A stretch of DNA of 46,468 bases from a virus (Duplodnaviria > Caudoviricetes). Location: positions 1 through 46,468 of IMG/VR virus record IMGVR_UViG_3300048576_000586, one strand, 5' to 3'. A program made the position numbers and the translations under genes. Within the stretch, counting starts at the first letter, position 1. Every line of letters starts with the position of its first letter. The notes beneath the pieces are model-generated. The model was not told where the DNA came from, ran no database searches, and worked only from the letters and a program-made list of their open reading frames with translations. Shown here piece after piece: positions 24,415 through 34,604 of the stretch.

Positions 24415-25798
24415 GATCCGGCCGCAACAGGGCCCCCAGGAAGCCTTCCTCGCGAGCTCAGCGGATATTGCGATCTACGGCGGCGCGGCCGGCGGCGGAA
24501 AGACCTTCTCCCTCCTCCTCGAGCCTGCCCGCCATGCGAATAATCAGGGCTTCGGAGCGGTCTACTTTCGGCGAACGATGCCCCAGATCACGGCCGAGGG
24601 CGGCGCCTGGGACACGGCGCAGGATCTCTACCTCGCGATGGGCGCGCACCTCCGGCAGGCTCCCGCCCTTGAGGCGGTGTTCGGCTCCGGGGCGAAGGTC
24701 GGATTCCATCACCTGCAGTACGAAGACACAGTCCACGACTGGCAGAGCGCGCAGATCGCGCTCATGCTCTTCGACGAGCTCACGCAGTTCACCCGGCGCC
24801 AGTTCTTCTACATGCTCTCGCGCAACCGCTCGACCTGCGGCGTCCGGCCCTACGTCCGCGCGGCCTGCAATCCCGATCCCGATTCTTGGGTCCGCGAGTT
24901 CATCCGCTGGTGGATCGACGACGACACAGGCCTGCCTATCATCGAGCGCGCCGGCGTCCTTCGCTGGTTTGCTCGCATCAACGACGTCTTGGAATGGGCC
25001 GACTCTCGCGAGGAACTCGTCTCCCGCTTCGGCCCCGATACCGACCCCCTCTCCGTCACCTTCATCCCCGCCTCGGTCTACGACAACAAGGCCCTGCTCG
25101 CCAAGGATCCCGGCTACCTCGCGAAGCTCAAGGCGCTCCCCCGCTGGGAGCGCGAGCAGCTTCTCGGGGGCAACTGGAACGCTCGGGCGGCGGCGGGCAT
25201 GATCTTCGCCCGCTCCGACTTCGAGATCGTCGACGCCCTGCCCGAGATCACGCAGTCGATCCGCTACTGGGACCGCGCGGCGACCGAGCAGAGCGAGTCC
25301 TCCCCCGATCCCGACTGGACCGCCGGCGTGAAGATCAGCCGCGGCTTCGACGGGCTCTTCTACATCGAGGGTGTAGAGCGCTTCCGCGAGCGCCCGCTCG
25401 GCGTGAAGACGAAGATCCACAACACCGCCAGCCAGGACGGGACGCGAGCCGCTATCGGCATCGAGCAGGATCCGGGGCAGGCCGGCGTCGCCGAGGCCGA
25501 GGACCTCGTTCGCTCCTTGGCCGGCTACGATGTCCACGCCTACCCCGCCCGCCAGGACAAGGTGACGCGCTGGAAGCCGCTCTCTGCCCAGGTCCAGGCC
25601 GGCAATGTGAAGCTCCTGCGCGGGCCTTGGAACGATCCGTTCATCGACGAGCTCGTCGCCCTCACGGATAACCCGAAGGACTACGGCCACGATGACCAAG
25701 CGGACGCCGCTGCCGGGGGATTCAACGCGCTTACCAAAGCCGCCCCCGTATCGAAAGAGATGGCCAGCTTCGTAGGCATGATGAGGAGGTCCGAATGA
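24407..25798 (+). CDS. terL: Terminase large subunit
   Basis: PQEAFL, YGGAAGGGKT, FDELT, ACNP, YWDRA, IEQD, HDDQADA. Confidence 0.95.
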   Translation: MPEIRPQQGPQEAFLASSADIAIYGGAAGGGKTFSLLLEPARHANNQGFGAVYFRRTMPQITAEGGAWDTAQDLYLAMGAHLRQAPALEAVFGSGAKVGFHHLQYEDTVHDWQSAQIALMLFDELTQFTRRQFFYMLSRNRSTCGVRPYVRAACNPDPDSWVREFIRWWIDDDTGLPIIERAGVLRWFARINDVLEWADSREELVSRFGPDTDPLSVTFIPASVYDNKALLAKDPGYLAKLKALPRWEREQLLGGNWNARAAAGMIFARSDFEIVDALPEITQSIRYWDRAATEQSESSPDPDWTAGVKISRGFDGLFYIEGVERFRERPLGVKTKIHNTASQDGTRAAIGIEQDPGQAGVAEAEDLVRSLAGYDVHAYPARQDKVTRWKPLSAQVQAGNVKLLRGPWNDPFIDELVALTDNPKDYGHDDQADAAAGGFNALTKAAPVSKEMASFVGMMRRSE

Positions 25799-27231
25799 GC
25801 AGCGGACGCCGCGGACCCTTCTCCTGGATATTCGACCGCGGCCGGGAGAGCCCGGCCTTCGTCCTTCCCAGTCGCCCTACCGATCGCGACATGACCCAAC
25901 GCCTCGTCGCCAACGAGAAGCTGCTCTGGGGCCTGTATCGCGGCGAGTGGCCGGGCCTCGAATTCGCCTCCCCCCTCTGCTTCACGCCGGTCAACCTTCT
26001 CGCGCAGTTCATCGGCTATCCGACTCCGCGCGCCCAGGGCGACGATCCCGTTACCCAAGCCGCCCTCGACTACATCATCAAGCGCAGTCGCCCCGATCGC
26101 ATCCACCGGGGAAGCATCCTGATCGGCAACGCCTGGCGCTGGCCGCGCTTCGATTCCGAAACGCTCGACCTGGCGATCGAGTCGATACCCGACTCCTCAA
26201 TCTCCGACATCCTCATCGACATCCAGACCGAGCGCGCTCACGCCATCCTCACCGACGAGCAGATCAAGGTGACGACCGGCGAGAACAAGATCGAGACCGT
26301 AGAGCGAAAGCGCCGATTCGATCGCTCGATCGTCGACGTGAAATGGATCGGGGCCCGCCCGCAGAACGTCGAGGACGCGACCTCGTCCAACATCTCCGGC
26401 ATTCTGCCGGTCAACTTCGCCTTCGACGCCGCCGATGGGCAGCAGCGCGGCGCCTCGGTGTTCGCTCGCGTCCTCCGCTCCCTGAAGGACTACCACGACA
26501 CCGCCTATCGCATCTCGAAGACCCTGACCAAGTTCTCGGTGAAGCAGGTCCAGACCGTCTCGGATCCCGGTGCCTGGCTCAAGGAGAATAGGCTCGATAC
26601 CGCCGAGGCCATGGCGGCCTTCGACGTATCCGAGAATTCGTTCGTCGTGAATCGCATCAACGAGACGACGAAGTTCGAGTTCCTTTCCGAGGGCGCAACC
26701 TCGGCCCTGGAGAAGGCGCTCGAGCGCATCTTCTTGACCATCCTCGAAGGAACGGGCATCCCCGAGGTCTTCTGGGGACCAATGGCGACCGGAAACCACG
26801 CCTCCGTCGAGACGAGCGGCTCCCAGGCCGTTAAGTACGCATCCAGCGTCCGCGAAGGATACGCCGATCCCTGGGTTTCCCACATCACGGGAGCCCTCAC
26901 GGTCCTGTCTATCGCTCGCGGTGAGACCTACAAGCCCTTCACAATGGCCTGGAACCGTATCGACGACGTCGCGCCGTCCGTGAAGAGCGAGATGCTCCTG
27001 CGCTTTGCCCAGACCGTATCCGCCCTCGTTGGCTCCGCGGCCTGCACGAAGAAGCAGCTCTACGCGCTCTGGACCATGCTCTACCCTGAGAGCGATCCCG
27101 GAAAGTACGAGGACTTCATCACGGGCATCGCCGAGATGGCCGTCCACAAGGCCTCGCTCGGCTCCGATCCGATGTCCATCGTCGAGGACTTCTCGGCCAA
27201 GGGCGACAAGAAGACGGGGGACGAGGCATGA
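25795..27231 (+). CDS. Portal protein
   Basis: 478 aa directly after terL; GIPEVFWG...GNHAS pattern. Confidence 0.75.
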   Translation: MSSGRRGPFSWIFDRGRESPAFVLPSRPTDRDMTQRLVANEKLLWGLYRGEWPGLEFASPLCFTPVNLLAQFIGYPTPRAQGDDPVTQAALDYIIKRSRPDRIHRGSILIGNAWRWPRFDSETLDLAIESIPDSSISDILIDIQTERAHAILTDEQIKVTTGENKIETVERKRRFDRSIVDVKWIGARPQNVEDATSSNISGILPVNFAFDAADGQQRGASVFARVLRSLKDYHDTAYRISKTLTKFSVKQVQTVSDPGAWLKENRLDTAEAMAAFDVSENSFVVNRINETTKFEFLSEGATSALEKALERIFLTILEGTGIPEVFWGPMATGNHASVETSGSQAVKYASSVREGYADPWVSHITGALTVLSIARGETYKPFTMAWNRIDDVAPSVKSEMLLRFAQTVSALVGSAACTKKQLYALWTMLYPESDPGKYEDFITGIAEMAVHKASLGSDPMSIVEDFSAKGDKKTGDEA

Positions 27232-27563
27232 GCCGGAGCATGGCGAAGAGGGTCCGCCAGCGCCTCGATGAGAAGCGCGCCGCTCGGATCACCGACTACA
27301 TCGATTTCAACCAGCTCGACCGCGAGATCGTCTGCGTAGCGATCGACGCGGCGGACTCGAAGGATACGAAGGGCCGCGTCGCCTTCGAGGCCGGTCGCCC
27401 TGTCGCCTACTCTGACCCCGTCCACTTTGTTGACGGCCGCTGGATATTCGCCGGGAAGAAGCCGGGCGATATGCCTAGGATCCGCCCGGCCTATGTTCCC
27501 GCCTGCGCGATCGTCGGCCCCCTCCCTGAGGCGTCGACCTCCCTCCGGCGGAGGCCCGCATGA
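27228..27563 (+). CDS. Hypothetical protein between portal and minor head gene
   Basis: ATGA coupled at both ends. Confidence 0.55.
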   Translation: MSRSMAKRVRQRLDEKRAARITDYIDFNQLDREIVCVAIDAADSKDTKGRVAFEAGRPVAYSDPVHFVDGRWIFAGKKPGDMPRIRPAYVPACAIVGPLPEASTSLRRRPA

Positions 27564-28621
27564 TCTTCACCCCGACCCTCGCCCTCCTCACGCTCGAGCC
27601 CGTAGCGAACGACGCGGCGGCCGACATCACGACGCACAAGGAATACGAGGCCCGCCTCCGCGCCGCCCGCGCGCGCGCCGCCCGCATGGACCAGGCCGCC
27701 CGGCGCCAGCTCATCGACGTCTACCTCGAGGCTGCAAAGGAAGCGGCGGCCGTCGTCGAGCGCTCCCTCGAGCGCGGCCTCTCCTCCCTCACGGTCGCCC
27801 GCTGGCAGGCCCTCGAGCGCGAGCTCAAGGCCGCGGCCGATTCCATCGCCCTGGGGACGGAGACCGTCGCCCGGGCTCTCGTCGGCCAGGCCGCCCCCCT
27901 CTTCCCCGAGATCGACGCCGATTTCATCTACGGCAGCGCTCGCAAGGCAGGAGCCGAGAAGCTCATCACCCGCAAGGGCCTCGAGCGCCTCATCGCCTCG
28001 ACGTCGTCCCAGGTCGTCGCCTCCCTCTCCTCCCGCCTCTGGAGCGACGGACAGACCTTCAGCGAGCGCGTCTGGGGCGGCGCCGGAGTCCGGGGAGATT
28101 GGCTCGAGCGCATCCGCATGACCGTCGCCGCGGGCATCGCCCAGGGCCGCGACCCCGTGAAGATCGCCCGCGACATCCAGGTCTATACCGCCGGCGGGAA
28201 GATCGCTCTGGCGCAGCGCTGGGGCGGCCTCAAGCGGGGCACGGGGGAATTCTCCAAGCGCCTGCCCTCGCGCCTCGACTACCGCGCCGTGCGCCTCGTC
28301 CGCTCCGAGCTCTACGCCTCCCTCCAGGACGCCGCCGTGCTCTCGGGCGAGGCCAACCCGGGCGGCAATGGGCTCTACGACTGGGTGTTGTCGATCGGGC
28401 GCGAGGCTTGGCCGTGCGAGTGCGCGGACCTCGCCTCGAGCGGGCCCTACACGAAGGACGCGCTCCCGACCTACCCGCACCCTAATTGTATGTGCTCGGT
28501 CCAGCCTCATCTTCGCGATCAAGCAGTCTTCCTCGCCGACCTTAAGCGATGGGCTAAAGGCGAGGACGTCGACTATCTCGATTCATGGTACGCGGGGCCC
28601 TATCGGGCCGCCGCGGCATAG
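27560..28621 (+). CDS. Minor head / head morphogenesis protein (SPP1 gp7 / Mu gpF-like)
   Basis: FSERVW...AVRLVRSE...C.C...PTYPHPNCMC. Confidence 0.85.
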   Translation: MIFTPTLALLTLEPVANDAAADITTHKEYEARLRAARARAARMDQAARRQLIDVYLEAAKEAAAVVERSLERGLSSLTVARWQALERELKAAADSIALGTETVARALVGQAAPLFPEIDADFIYGSARKAGAEKLITRKGLERLIASTSSQVVASLSSRLWSDGQTFSERVWGGAGVRGDWLERIRMTVAAGIAQGRDPVKIARDIQVYTAGGKIALAQRWGGLKRGTGEFSKRLPSRLDYRAVRLVRSELYASLQDAAVLSGEANPGGNGLYDWVLSIGREAWPCECADLASSGPYTKDALPTYPHPNCMCSVQPHLRDQAVFLADLKRWAKGEDVDYLDSWYAGPYRAAAA

Positions 28622-28630
28622 GAGGGCGCG

Positions 28631-29980
28631 ATGCTGAAATCGAGGGTATGGAACGACGGAGCCCCCGAGGGGATCGTCGTTCTCAACTACGCGAAGTCCG
28701 GAGCGCCGGCCGTTCGGCTTCCCTCGCAGGAGGAGATCCCGACGCTCGTTCCGAACGAGATCATGGCCGAGCTCATGCGGGGGGATTCTGACCCTTGCTA
28801 TTCGGTGGAGGCGATTGCCTTCCCCGCAGTAGGTAATGGGCTTCGCTACGGTTCCCGCGGAATCTATGAGCGGAAGTTCTTCGATTCGGTCGCGAACGTG
28901 CTGAAGAAGCGCGCCATCCCCGGATCGAAGTTCGGGCATGAGTGGAGCGGAAAGTGCTCGGATGACTTCTTCCTCGTAGGCATGAGCGTCGTCGCGAATG
29001 CCGACGATCCGAAGTCTGGATGGGTCTACTTCAAGCACTACATCCCGCTAGTGGGATATACGACCCCGAACGACGGACTCCGCCGGAATGCGCGGATCCA
29101 CAACATCAGGTACTCCATCGTCGCGAAGCCCGAGTACACCGTGAAGACCGGGACGGATGGTGTAGAAGAGTACCGCATAACGGGCACGCTCGGCTCCGAG
29201 CGGAACGACGCCGTCGACGAAGGCGCCATGAATCAAGTAGTTAACTCGGCTTCTAGCCTCGACATCGATGCCGCTCGCGCGCTCATCGAGAACGGGGCTT
29301 TCGATAAGGACACGAACGTCGAAGGAGATCCCGTCCAGAACGGCGTCGTCTATCGTTCCGCGCTGAGGCGACTCGCTTCCCGCGCTAACGAAGAGGATCG
29401 CGCCGCGCTCGGCGAGCTCATCTCCGCGATCGACAACAAATCCAAGAACGGGAGGAAACCAACCGTGGACAAGGACGAGGCTCTGAAACTGCTCTCCAAC
29501 CTCATCAAGAACGGGTCGGAGAACAAGCAGGACATCGCGAAGGCTCTCGGGATCGAGACCCGCAGCGAGTCCGACGTCGCCAACGCGGCGACGGTCGAGA
29601 CCATGAAGAACAAGCTCGGCGACAAGCCCTTCGAGAAGCTCGAGGCGATCCTGACCGAGAACGCGGCCAGCTCCGAGCTCAAGGTCGAGTCCGCCGTGCG
29701 CGAGATCGCCGGCGACAAGATGCTCAAGAACGCCGCGGCCCAGGACGTCGTCAACCCGGCGCACGCCTACGCCGCCAAGGCATGCAAGGGCCTGTCGGGA
29801 GAGGCGCTCAAGAACGCGGTCGAGGAGCTCAAGAAGGACCAGGTCCTCATCACCCTCAACGCACAGCGCGCCGACGGCAACTCGGCGCTCTATAGGGTCG
29901 AGGCGGGCGGCGCGAAGCCGACCGTCGCGAAGAACAGCGGGGACGACATCCCCACGATCCACGTCGGGGCCAAGGAGTAA
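28631..29980 (+). CDS. Prohead protease-scaffold fusion (putative)
   Basis: Position; His (KFGH) and Ser (RYSI) candidates in the N-terminal domain; helical charged C-terminal half. Confidence 0.65.
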   Translation: MLKSRVWNDGAPEGIVVLNYAKSGAPAVRLPSQEEIPTLVPNEIMAELMRGDSDPCYSVEAIAFPAVGNGLRYGSRGIYERKFFDSVANVLKKRAIPGSKFGHEWSGKCSDDFFLVGMSVVANADDPKSGWVYFKHYIPLVGYTTPNDGLRRNARIHNIRYSIVAKPEYTVKTGTDGVEEYRITGTLGSERNDAVDEGAMNQVVNSASSLDIDAARALIENGAFDKDTNVEGDPVQNGVVYRSALRRLASRANEEDRAALGELISAIDNKSKNGRKPTVDKDEALKLLSNLIKNGSENKQDIAKALGIETRSESDVANAATVETMKNKLGDKPFEKLEAILTENAASSELKVESAVREIAGDKMLKNAAAQDVVNPAHAYAAKACKGLSGEALKNAVEELKKDQVLITLNAQRADGNSALYRVEAGGAKPTVAKNSGDDIPTIHVGAKE

Positions 29981-29983
29981 GCC

Positions 29984-30901
29984 ATGGGCAGCACCGTCTA
30001 CATCAACAAGGAGGCGTCGGATAGCCTGCGCCTCGTCAATACCACGGGCGTCGCGCTCGTCGCGGACGAGTTCACCGTCATGCGCGGCAAGGGCCTCGTG
30101 GCCCTCGAAGCGATCGCGAGCCTCGCCTCGGGCGCGCTCGAGAACACCTACGATACCGAGTTCCAGGTCGCGGACTTCGATACCGGCGAGGATGCTTTCG
30201 CTTCCGCCGATCTCGAGGTCTACTTCGACCCGACCTCGAAGAAGTTTTCCAACGCCGCCACGGTCGGCCACTACCTCGTCGGCTACTCCAAGGCGGCCAT
30301 ATCCGGCGGCGTCCTCGATGTCATCGGCTGCGACCCGATCAAGGTCGTCAACTCCGTCGCGACCCTCGCGGCTTCGGTCGCGGATCTGGCCGTGGACGCC
30401 GAGACCGCCCAGGCCTGCATCCTCGTCCCCCTCGGCGCGATCAGCCAGGAGGACGGGACCGCCCTCACGAAGCAGGCGACCACCGTCGCTGGCTTTGCCC
30501 AGCTCGCGGACAAGGAAGTCGTCATCGACATCCCCGTGAACTGCACGGCCGGCGAGTCGCTCCAGTTCACCGTCCCCATCCCGCAGGACCTCGACGACGC
30601 CAAGGACATCACCGTCCACGTCCTCGCGGGCAAGGCCGCGAACCTCGACTCGCTCACCCTGGACTGCGAGGTCTACCCCTGCGCGGTCGGCGACACGGCG
30701 AACGCGGACATCCAGGACACGGCGGCCCAGGCGCTCACCCAGGCGGCCTCCGAGCTCGTGTTCACCTGCGGCGCCGACGGCGTCCTCCCGGCCCCCGGTA
30801 CTCTGTCCGTCGTCCTCGCGGTCGGCGGAACCAACGACGGCGATGCCGTCTACATCTACGGCGCGTGGGTCGAGTATTCCCGCGTGATCCTGACGGCGTA
30901 A
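29984..30901 (+). CDS. Head decoration protein with extra C-terminal domain
   Basis: Small beta-rich N-domain (VYFD...VGY...A, DUF2190-like) just before the MCP. Confidence 0.55.
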   Translation: MGSTVYINKEASDSLRLVNTTGVALVADEFTVMRGKGLVALEAIASLASGALENTYDTEFQVADFDTGEDAFASADLEVYFDPTSKKFSNAATVGHYLVGYSKAAISGGVLDVIGCDPIKVVNSVATLAASVADLAVDAETAQACILVPLGAISQEDGTALTKQATTVAGFAQLADKEVVIDIPVNCTAGESLQFTVPIPQDLDDAKDITVHVLAGKAANLDSLTLDCEVYPCAVGDTANADIQDTAAQALTQAASELVFTCGADGVLPAPGTLSVVLAVGGTNDGDAVYIYGAWVEYSRVILTA

Positions 30902-30914
30902 GGAGAAGAAGGAC

Positions 30915-32108
30915 ATGAAGATCTACAATAGCGCCACTATCAGCGAGGAGCGCTCGGAGAAGGCCAAGGCGGTCAACACCGCCTACGGCTTCCGCGGCTC
31001 CAGGAAGGCCAACCTCGAGGGCGGGCGCGAGCTCGCGCTCCGTTTCGAGGTCGCGGCCAATGCCGAGGACATGGACAGCCTCAGGCACCGCATCATCTCG
31101 AACCACACCCAGGCCGAGCTGCAGCAGATCCTCGCGAACGCCGCGAGCGCCCCGGCCACCGCCGACCTCGAGGCCTTCTTCGGCCGCTTCTTCCTCGATG
31201 TGACCCGCCGGGCCATCGAGTCGCCCGACCTCACGGGCCTCATCGCCCGCGAGGAGACGAACCTCGGCTTCAACAAGCTCCTCTACCTCAGGGACGTCCT
31301 GCCCTACCGCGGCGCCATGGAGCCGAACTCCGGCGAGAACGACGCCGTCCCGCTCATCCAGCAGGCGGGGGGCGAGACCGACACCTTCGGCCTGTCCATC
31401 ATGGCCATCGGCTGGAAGGACTCGATCGCCAACCGCCTCTGGAACGAGTGGTTCTCCATGGACAAGGTTGTACAGGCCGCCGTCGACGCCTGGACCGACA
31501 TGCGCAACTCGCGCATCATCGGCGCCATCGTGGCCGCGACCTTCGTCGCGAGCCAGAAGCAGGCGAAGGTGAATACCTCCGGGCTCACCCTCGACGAGAA
31601 AACCTACGAGACCTTCCTCGCGGCGAACGAGCTCATCCGCGGTCTCAAGGACCCCCAGACCAAGCGCAAGATCGCCGTCCCCTCGCTCGCGGTCCTCTGC
31701 AACAGCGCCGACACCTTCCAGATCGAGAACGTCATCCGCGGCCAGCTCAACGGCAACGGCGCCGACTCCAAGGCGAGCAACCGCCCCGCCCTCCCCTTCC
31801 CCCGCCTCATCGAGTACGACCGCGGCATCAACGACGGCTTCACCATCGGGAAGAAGGCCCTGTCCTTCCCCGGCGTGACCGCCGGCAAGTGCTACCTCCT
31901 CGTCCCGGGCGTCGCGCTCGTCGCGAATAAGCGCCCCCTGACCATGGAGACGGGCGTCGGCTCGGTCCTCGACCTCTCCACCGAGGAGCGCGCCTGGTAC
32001 TCCATCCAGGGCGAGTACCTGGACGACCTGCTCGGCTCCTCCGCGGCCACCCCGGCCGGCGGCGCGGCCGGCTACGGCGCCATCGTCGAGGTCGAGCTCC
32101 CGACCTGA
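30915..32108 (+). CDS. Major capsid protein
   Basis: 397 aa, position, strong codon bias, ends GAIVEVELP, followed by a hairpin. Confidence 0.8.
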   Translation: MKIYNSATISEERSEKAKAVNTAYGFRGSRKANLEGGRELALRFEVAANAEDMDSLRHRIISNHTQAELQQILANAASAPATADLEAFFGRFFLDVTRRAIESPDLTGLIAREETNLGFNKLLYLRDVLPYRGAMEPNSGENDAVPLIQQAGGETDTFGLSIMAIGWKDSIANRLWNEWFSMDKVVQAAVDAWTDMRNSRIIGAIVAATFVASQKQAKVNTSGLTLDEKTYETFLAANELIRGLKDPQTKRKIAVPSLAVLCNSADTFQIENVIRGQLNGNGADSKASNRPALPFPRLIEYDRGINDGFTIGKKALSFPGVTAGKCYLLVPGVALVANKRPLTMETGVGSVLDLSTEERAWYSIQGEYLDDLLGSSAATPAGGAAGYGAIVEVELPT

Positions 32109-32127
32109 TAGGGGCGTGAAGTAATCC

Positions 32128-32159
32128 GGCCGGCCCTCGGCAGCGTGGGCCGGCCTTCC
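32128..32159 (+). terminator. Hairpin after the MCP gene (weak terminator or stabiliser)
   Basis: GGCCGGCCC...GGGCCGGCC followed by TTCC (poor U-tract). Confidence 0.45.
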
Positions 32160-32171
32160 TGGAGGTAGGCG

Positions 32172-32663
32172 ATGGCGAACTGGGCTGATCTCGTAGAACT
32201 CAGGCTCCGCATCAAGGATCCGCTCGGCGTCATCGCCATCCTCTCGGTGGCGGATGAGGCGACGCGCCTCGCCGTAACCGCACCCGCCCGCCAAACCGCC
32301 TACCTCCAAGCGGACACGGGCGTCTACTACACCTGGGACGAGGGACTCAAGGAGTGGGAGGCGAGGGACCTCCTCCTCTCCGATACCCGCATTGGCGTCC
32401 TAATCGATCTCTACGGGCTCGCCAAGGCCGCCCCGAAGGCGGTCAAGGACATCATCCCCGAGCTCGGGCATCGCCTCGCCTACATCGCGCGCACGCAGGA
32501 CGGCGCGAATTCCACCGACTTCGTGAACCTCTCGACCATGCACAACTTCTACAAGGACCTCGCCAAATCGATGGAGGAGGAAGTCGCCAAGGACGAGGGC
32601 GCTTCGACGGGCCGCATGTTCCGAACGCGGGACCCCTCGATCGGTGGAGGAATGCGCGGATGA
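32172..32663 (+). CDS. Head-tail adaptor (putative)
   Basis: ELRLRIKD...LLLSD pattern; position. Confidence 0.6.
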   Translation: MANWADLVELRLRIKDPLGVIAILSVADEATRLAVTAPARQTAYLQADTGVYYTWDEGLKEWEARDLLLSDTRIGVLIDLYGLAKAAPKAVKDIIPELGHRLAYIARTQDGANSTDFVNLSTMHNFYKDLAKSMEEEVAKDEGASTGRMFRTRDPSIGGGMRG

Positions 32664-33337
32664 GCAGCCAGCAGGACCAGGTCGTTCTTCGCCAGCTCCG
32701 CGACGCGCAGAAGCGCCACATCGCCGACGATCCGACCAACGTCACGCCGATGCGCTGCCAGCTCGTCAGCGACGGCATGGGCGGCCAGGTACGCTCCGGC
32801 ACGGCCGAGGCCCGGCCTGCGGTTCGCGTCCGACTTGCCCACGAGTCGGGCAGCGTTCAGGCCGTCAGCGTCGGGCCGGCCGGGCTCGACACGAACCTCT
32901 CACTCTTCGTCGAAACTGACTATCGCGCCCCCCTTCTCGAGGGCGATACCTTCGACGCCTTCGGCTTCACCTGGACCGTCGGCGTCGTGAACTACTTCCG
33001 CAAGGGCTCGCAGGTCTACAAGACCGAGGCCCCGCTCGTTAAGGGCTCGGCGGTCGCCGTGACGATTCCGCAGGAATTCGCGGCTGAAGTCAAGAGCTCC
33101 TCGGCGATCGACCTTTCATGGTCCAACGTCGGAGCGGTCAACTCGTACTGGATCGACCGCAAGGCCGGGGACGGCGCTTACCTCAATATCGTGACCCCGG
33201 GCGCGGGCATCTTCCTCTTCCACGACACCGGCCTCTCGCCCTCGACGACCTATACCTATCGCATCCGCGCTTATAACGGCGCGGCCTATTCCGCCTACTC
33301 GGCCGAGACGTCGGCAACTACGGAGGCAGCGCCGTGA
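32660..33337 (+). CDS. Head closure protein with C-terminal fibronectin type III domain
   Basis: SSSAIDLSW...YWIDRK...FHDTGLSPSTTYTYRIRAYN...SAYS is an FN3 pattern. Confidence 0.75.
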   Translation: MSSQQDQVVLRQLRDAQKRHIADDPTNVTPMRCQLVSDGMGGQVRSGTAEARPAVRVRLAHESGSVQAVSVGPAGLDTNLSLFVETDYRAPLLEGDTFDAFGFTWTVGVVNYFRKGSQVYKTEAPLVKGSAVAVTIPQEFAAEVKSSSAIDLSWSNVGAVNSYWIDRKAGDGAYLNIVTPGAGIFLFHDTGLSPSTTYTYRIRAYNGAAYSAYSAETSATTEAAP

Positions 33338-33648
33338 AAGAGATCCTCATCGGAATCGCTTCGGCCAGTGGCGGCGCCCTCGTCGTGTATCTCGGAGGTC
33401 GCATTCGCCACGCCCTTTCCCGCCGCGTCAAAGTGACGAGCCCCGAGTCCGAAGCCATCGAGAAGATGGCGCCGGCGCTCAATGCCATGCTCGCGATACA
33501 ACGCCCCGTCCTTGACGTCGTAGTCGCCCTCGGCGAGAAGGACCTCGGGAAGGACGACGTCCGCGTAGCGAAAGCGAAGGGCGCGGCCGAGGCCTTTAAT
33601 ACCTTCCTGGACGGCGCGGCCAAGGTGGAGGTCCCCTGTGCCTCCTGA
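33334..33648 (+). CDS. Small membrane protein (holin-like?)
   Basis: N-terminal TM followed by an amphipathic helix. Confidence 0.5.
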   Translation: MKEILIGIASASGGALVVYLGGRIRHALSRRVKVTSPESEAIEKMAPALNAMLAIQRPVLDVVVALGEKDLGKDDVRVAKAKGAAEAFNTFLDGAAKVEVPCAS

Positions 33649-33856
33649 GAATGCTGTCGAGCTGCCCGCCTCCGCCTCAGACGAGGATGCCGCCGTCCCG
33701 AGCACCCAGGGCGCCTACCTCAAGAACCCGATCGCGGGCCGCGAGATGCTCACGCCCATCGAGGTCTTCCGGGCTATCTCCATCCTCGCGGCCATGCTCG
33801 AGGCCGACGAGTACCGCGTAGCGCTCGAGGGCAGGAAGGGCCCTGATGGCCAATGA
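33638..33856 (+). CDS. Hypothetical protein
   Basis: GGAGG RBS, GTG start. Confidence 0.55.
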   Translation: MPPENAVELPASASDEDAAVPSTQGAYLKNPIAGREMLTPIEVFRAISILAAMLEADEYRVALEGRKGPDGQ

Positions 33857-34235
33857 AGTATCGCAGAACCTGCCTGCGATATACGCACGGAAGCGCGCGG
33901 CGGCCGTCGCCCTCTGCCTCTACTACGCCGGCCTCATACTCGCGGAGTTCCGCGCCCAGCAGATGGTCGGCCCGGGCGGCGGCTCATGGATCGATCGCTA
34001 CAACGGCCGCGGGAAGGGCCGCTACTGGAATAACCAGACCGAGACCGCCGCTCGAGAAGTGTTCGCGGACTCGTTCGTCGACGGTGACGACCTCGGCTTT
34101 TTCATCGCGCACATGGTCGAGTACGGGGTTTACCTCGAGCTCGCGAATGACCGCCGGCACGAGGCCTTGCGGCCGCTCATTGAGAAATTCTTCCCGCTCT
34201 TCAGGCGAGACCTTCAGGCGATCTATGCGGACTAG
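33846..34235 (+). CDS. Tail completion / neck protein (HK97 gp10-like)
   Basis: WNNQT..A...AHMVEYGVYLELANDRRHEALRP. Confidence 0.7.
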   Translation: MANEVSQNLPAIYARKRAAAVALCLYYAGLILAEFRAQQMVGPGGGSWIDRYNGRGKGRYWNNQTETAAREVFADSFVDGDDLGFFIAHMVEYGVYLELANDRRHEALRPLIEKFFPLFRRDLQAIYAD

Positions 34236-34244
34236 GAGGGCGGC

Positions 34245-34595
34245 ATGATAGTGACCGTGCTCGAGAAGACCAAGACGGGCTCGATCAAGAATGTCGTCGC
34301 CTTCGGGAGCGCCCTCCCCGTGGCACCCTACGCAGTCATCAAGCAAGAACCTGCACCTGATAACGAAACCCGGTTCCGCATAATCGCGCACATGCTTCAG
34401 GGTTCGCAGGTGGCATTAAATGCCTACATCTTCAACGAGCTGCCCAGCCTCCTCGCGGGCTTTACTGCTAAGGACGAGGTCGGGAACCAGTTTCAGCTCG
34501 AAGATCGACAGGAGTGGTATCCGGTCGCCGCTGTCAGCGACGACAAAACGATATCGATGGAGCGGTGCTTCTATGCTCCGCTACTACTTTTCTAG
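34245..34595 (+). CDS. Tail terminator (putative)
   Basis: PYAVI motif; sits just before the major tail protein. Confidence 0.55.
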   Translation: MIVTVLEKTKTGSIKNVVAFGSALPVAPYAVIKQEPAPDNETRFRIIAHMLQGSQVALNAYIFNELPSLLAGFTAKDEVGNQFQLEDRQEWYPVAAVSDDKTISMERCFYAPLLLF

Positions 34596-34604
34596 GAGGC
34601 CATT

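Noticed and set aside
29048-32309. Long minus-strand ORFs (622 aa, 515 aa) and similar ones opposite terL, portal, SbcCD and the tail tube gene
   Set aside because: Antisense shadows of strongly biased GC-rich genes; no RBS or recognisable motifs
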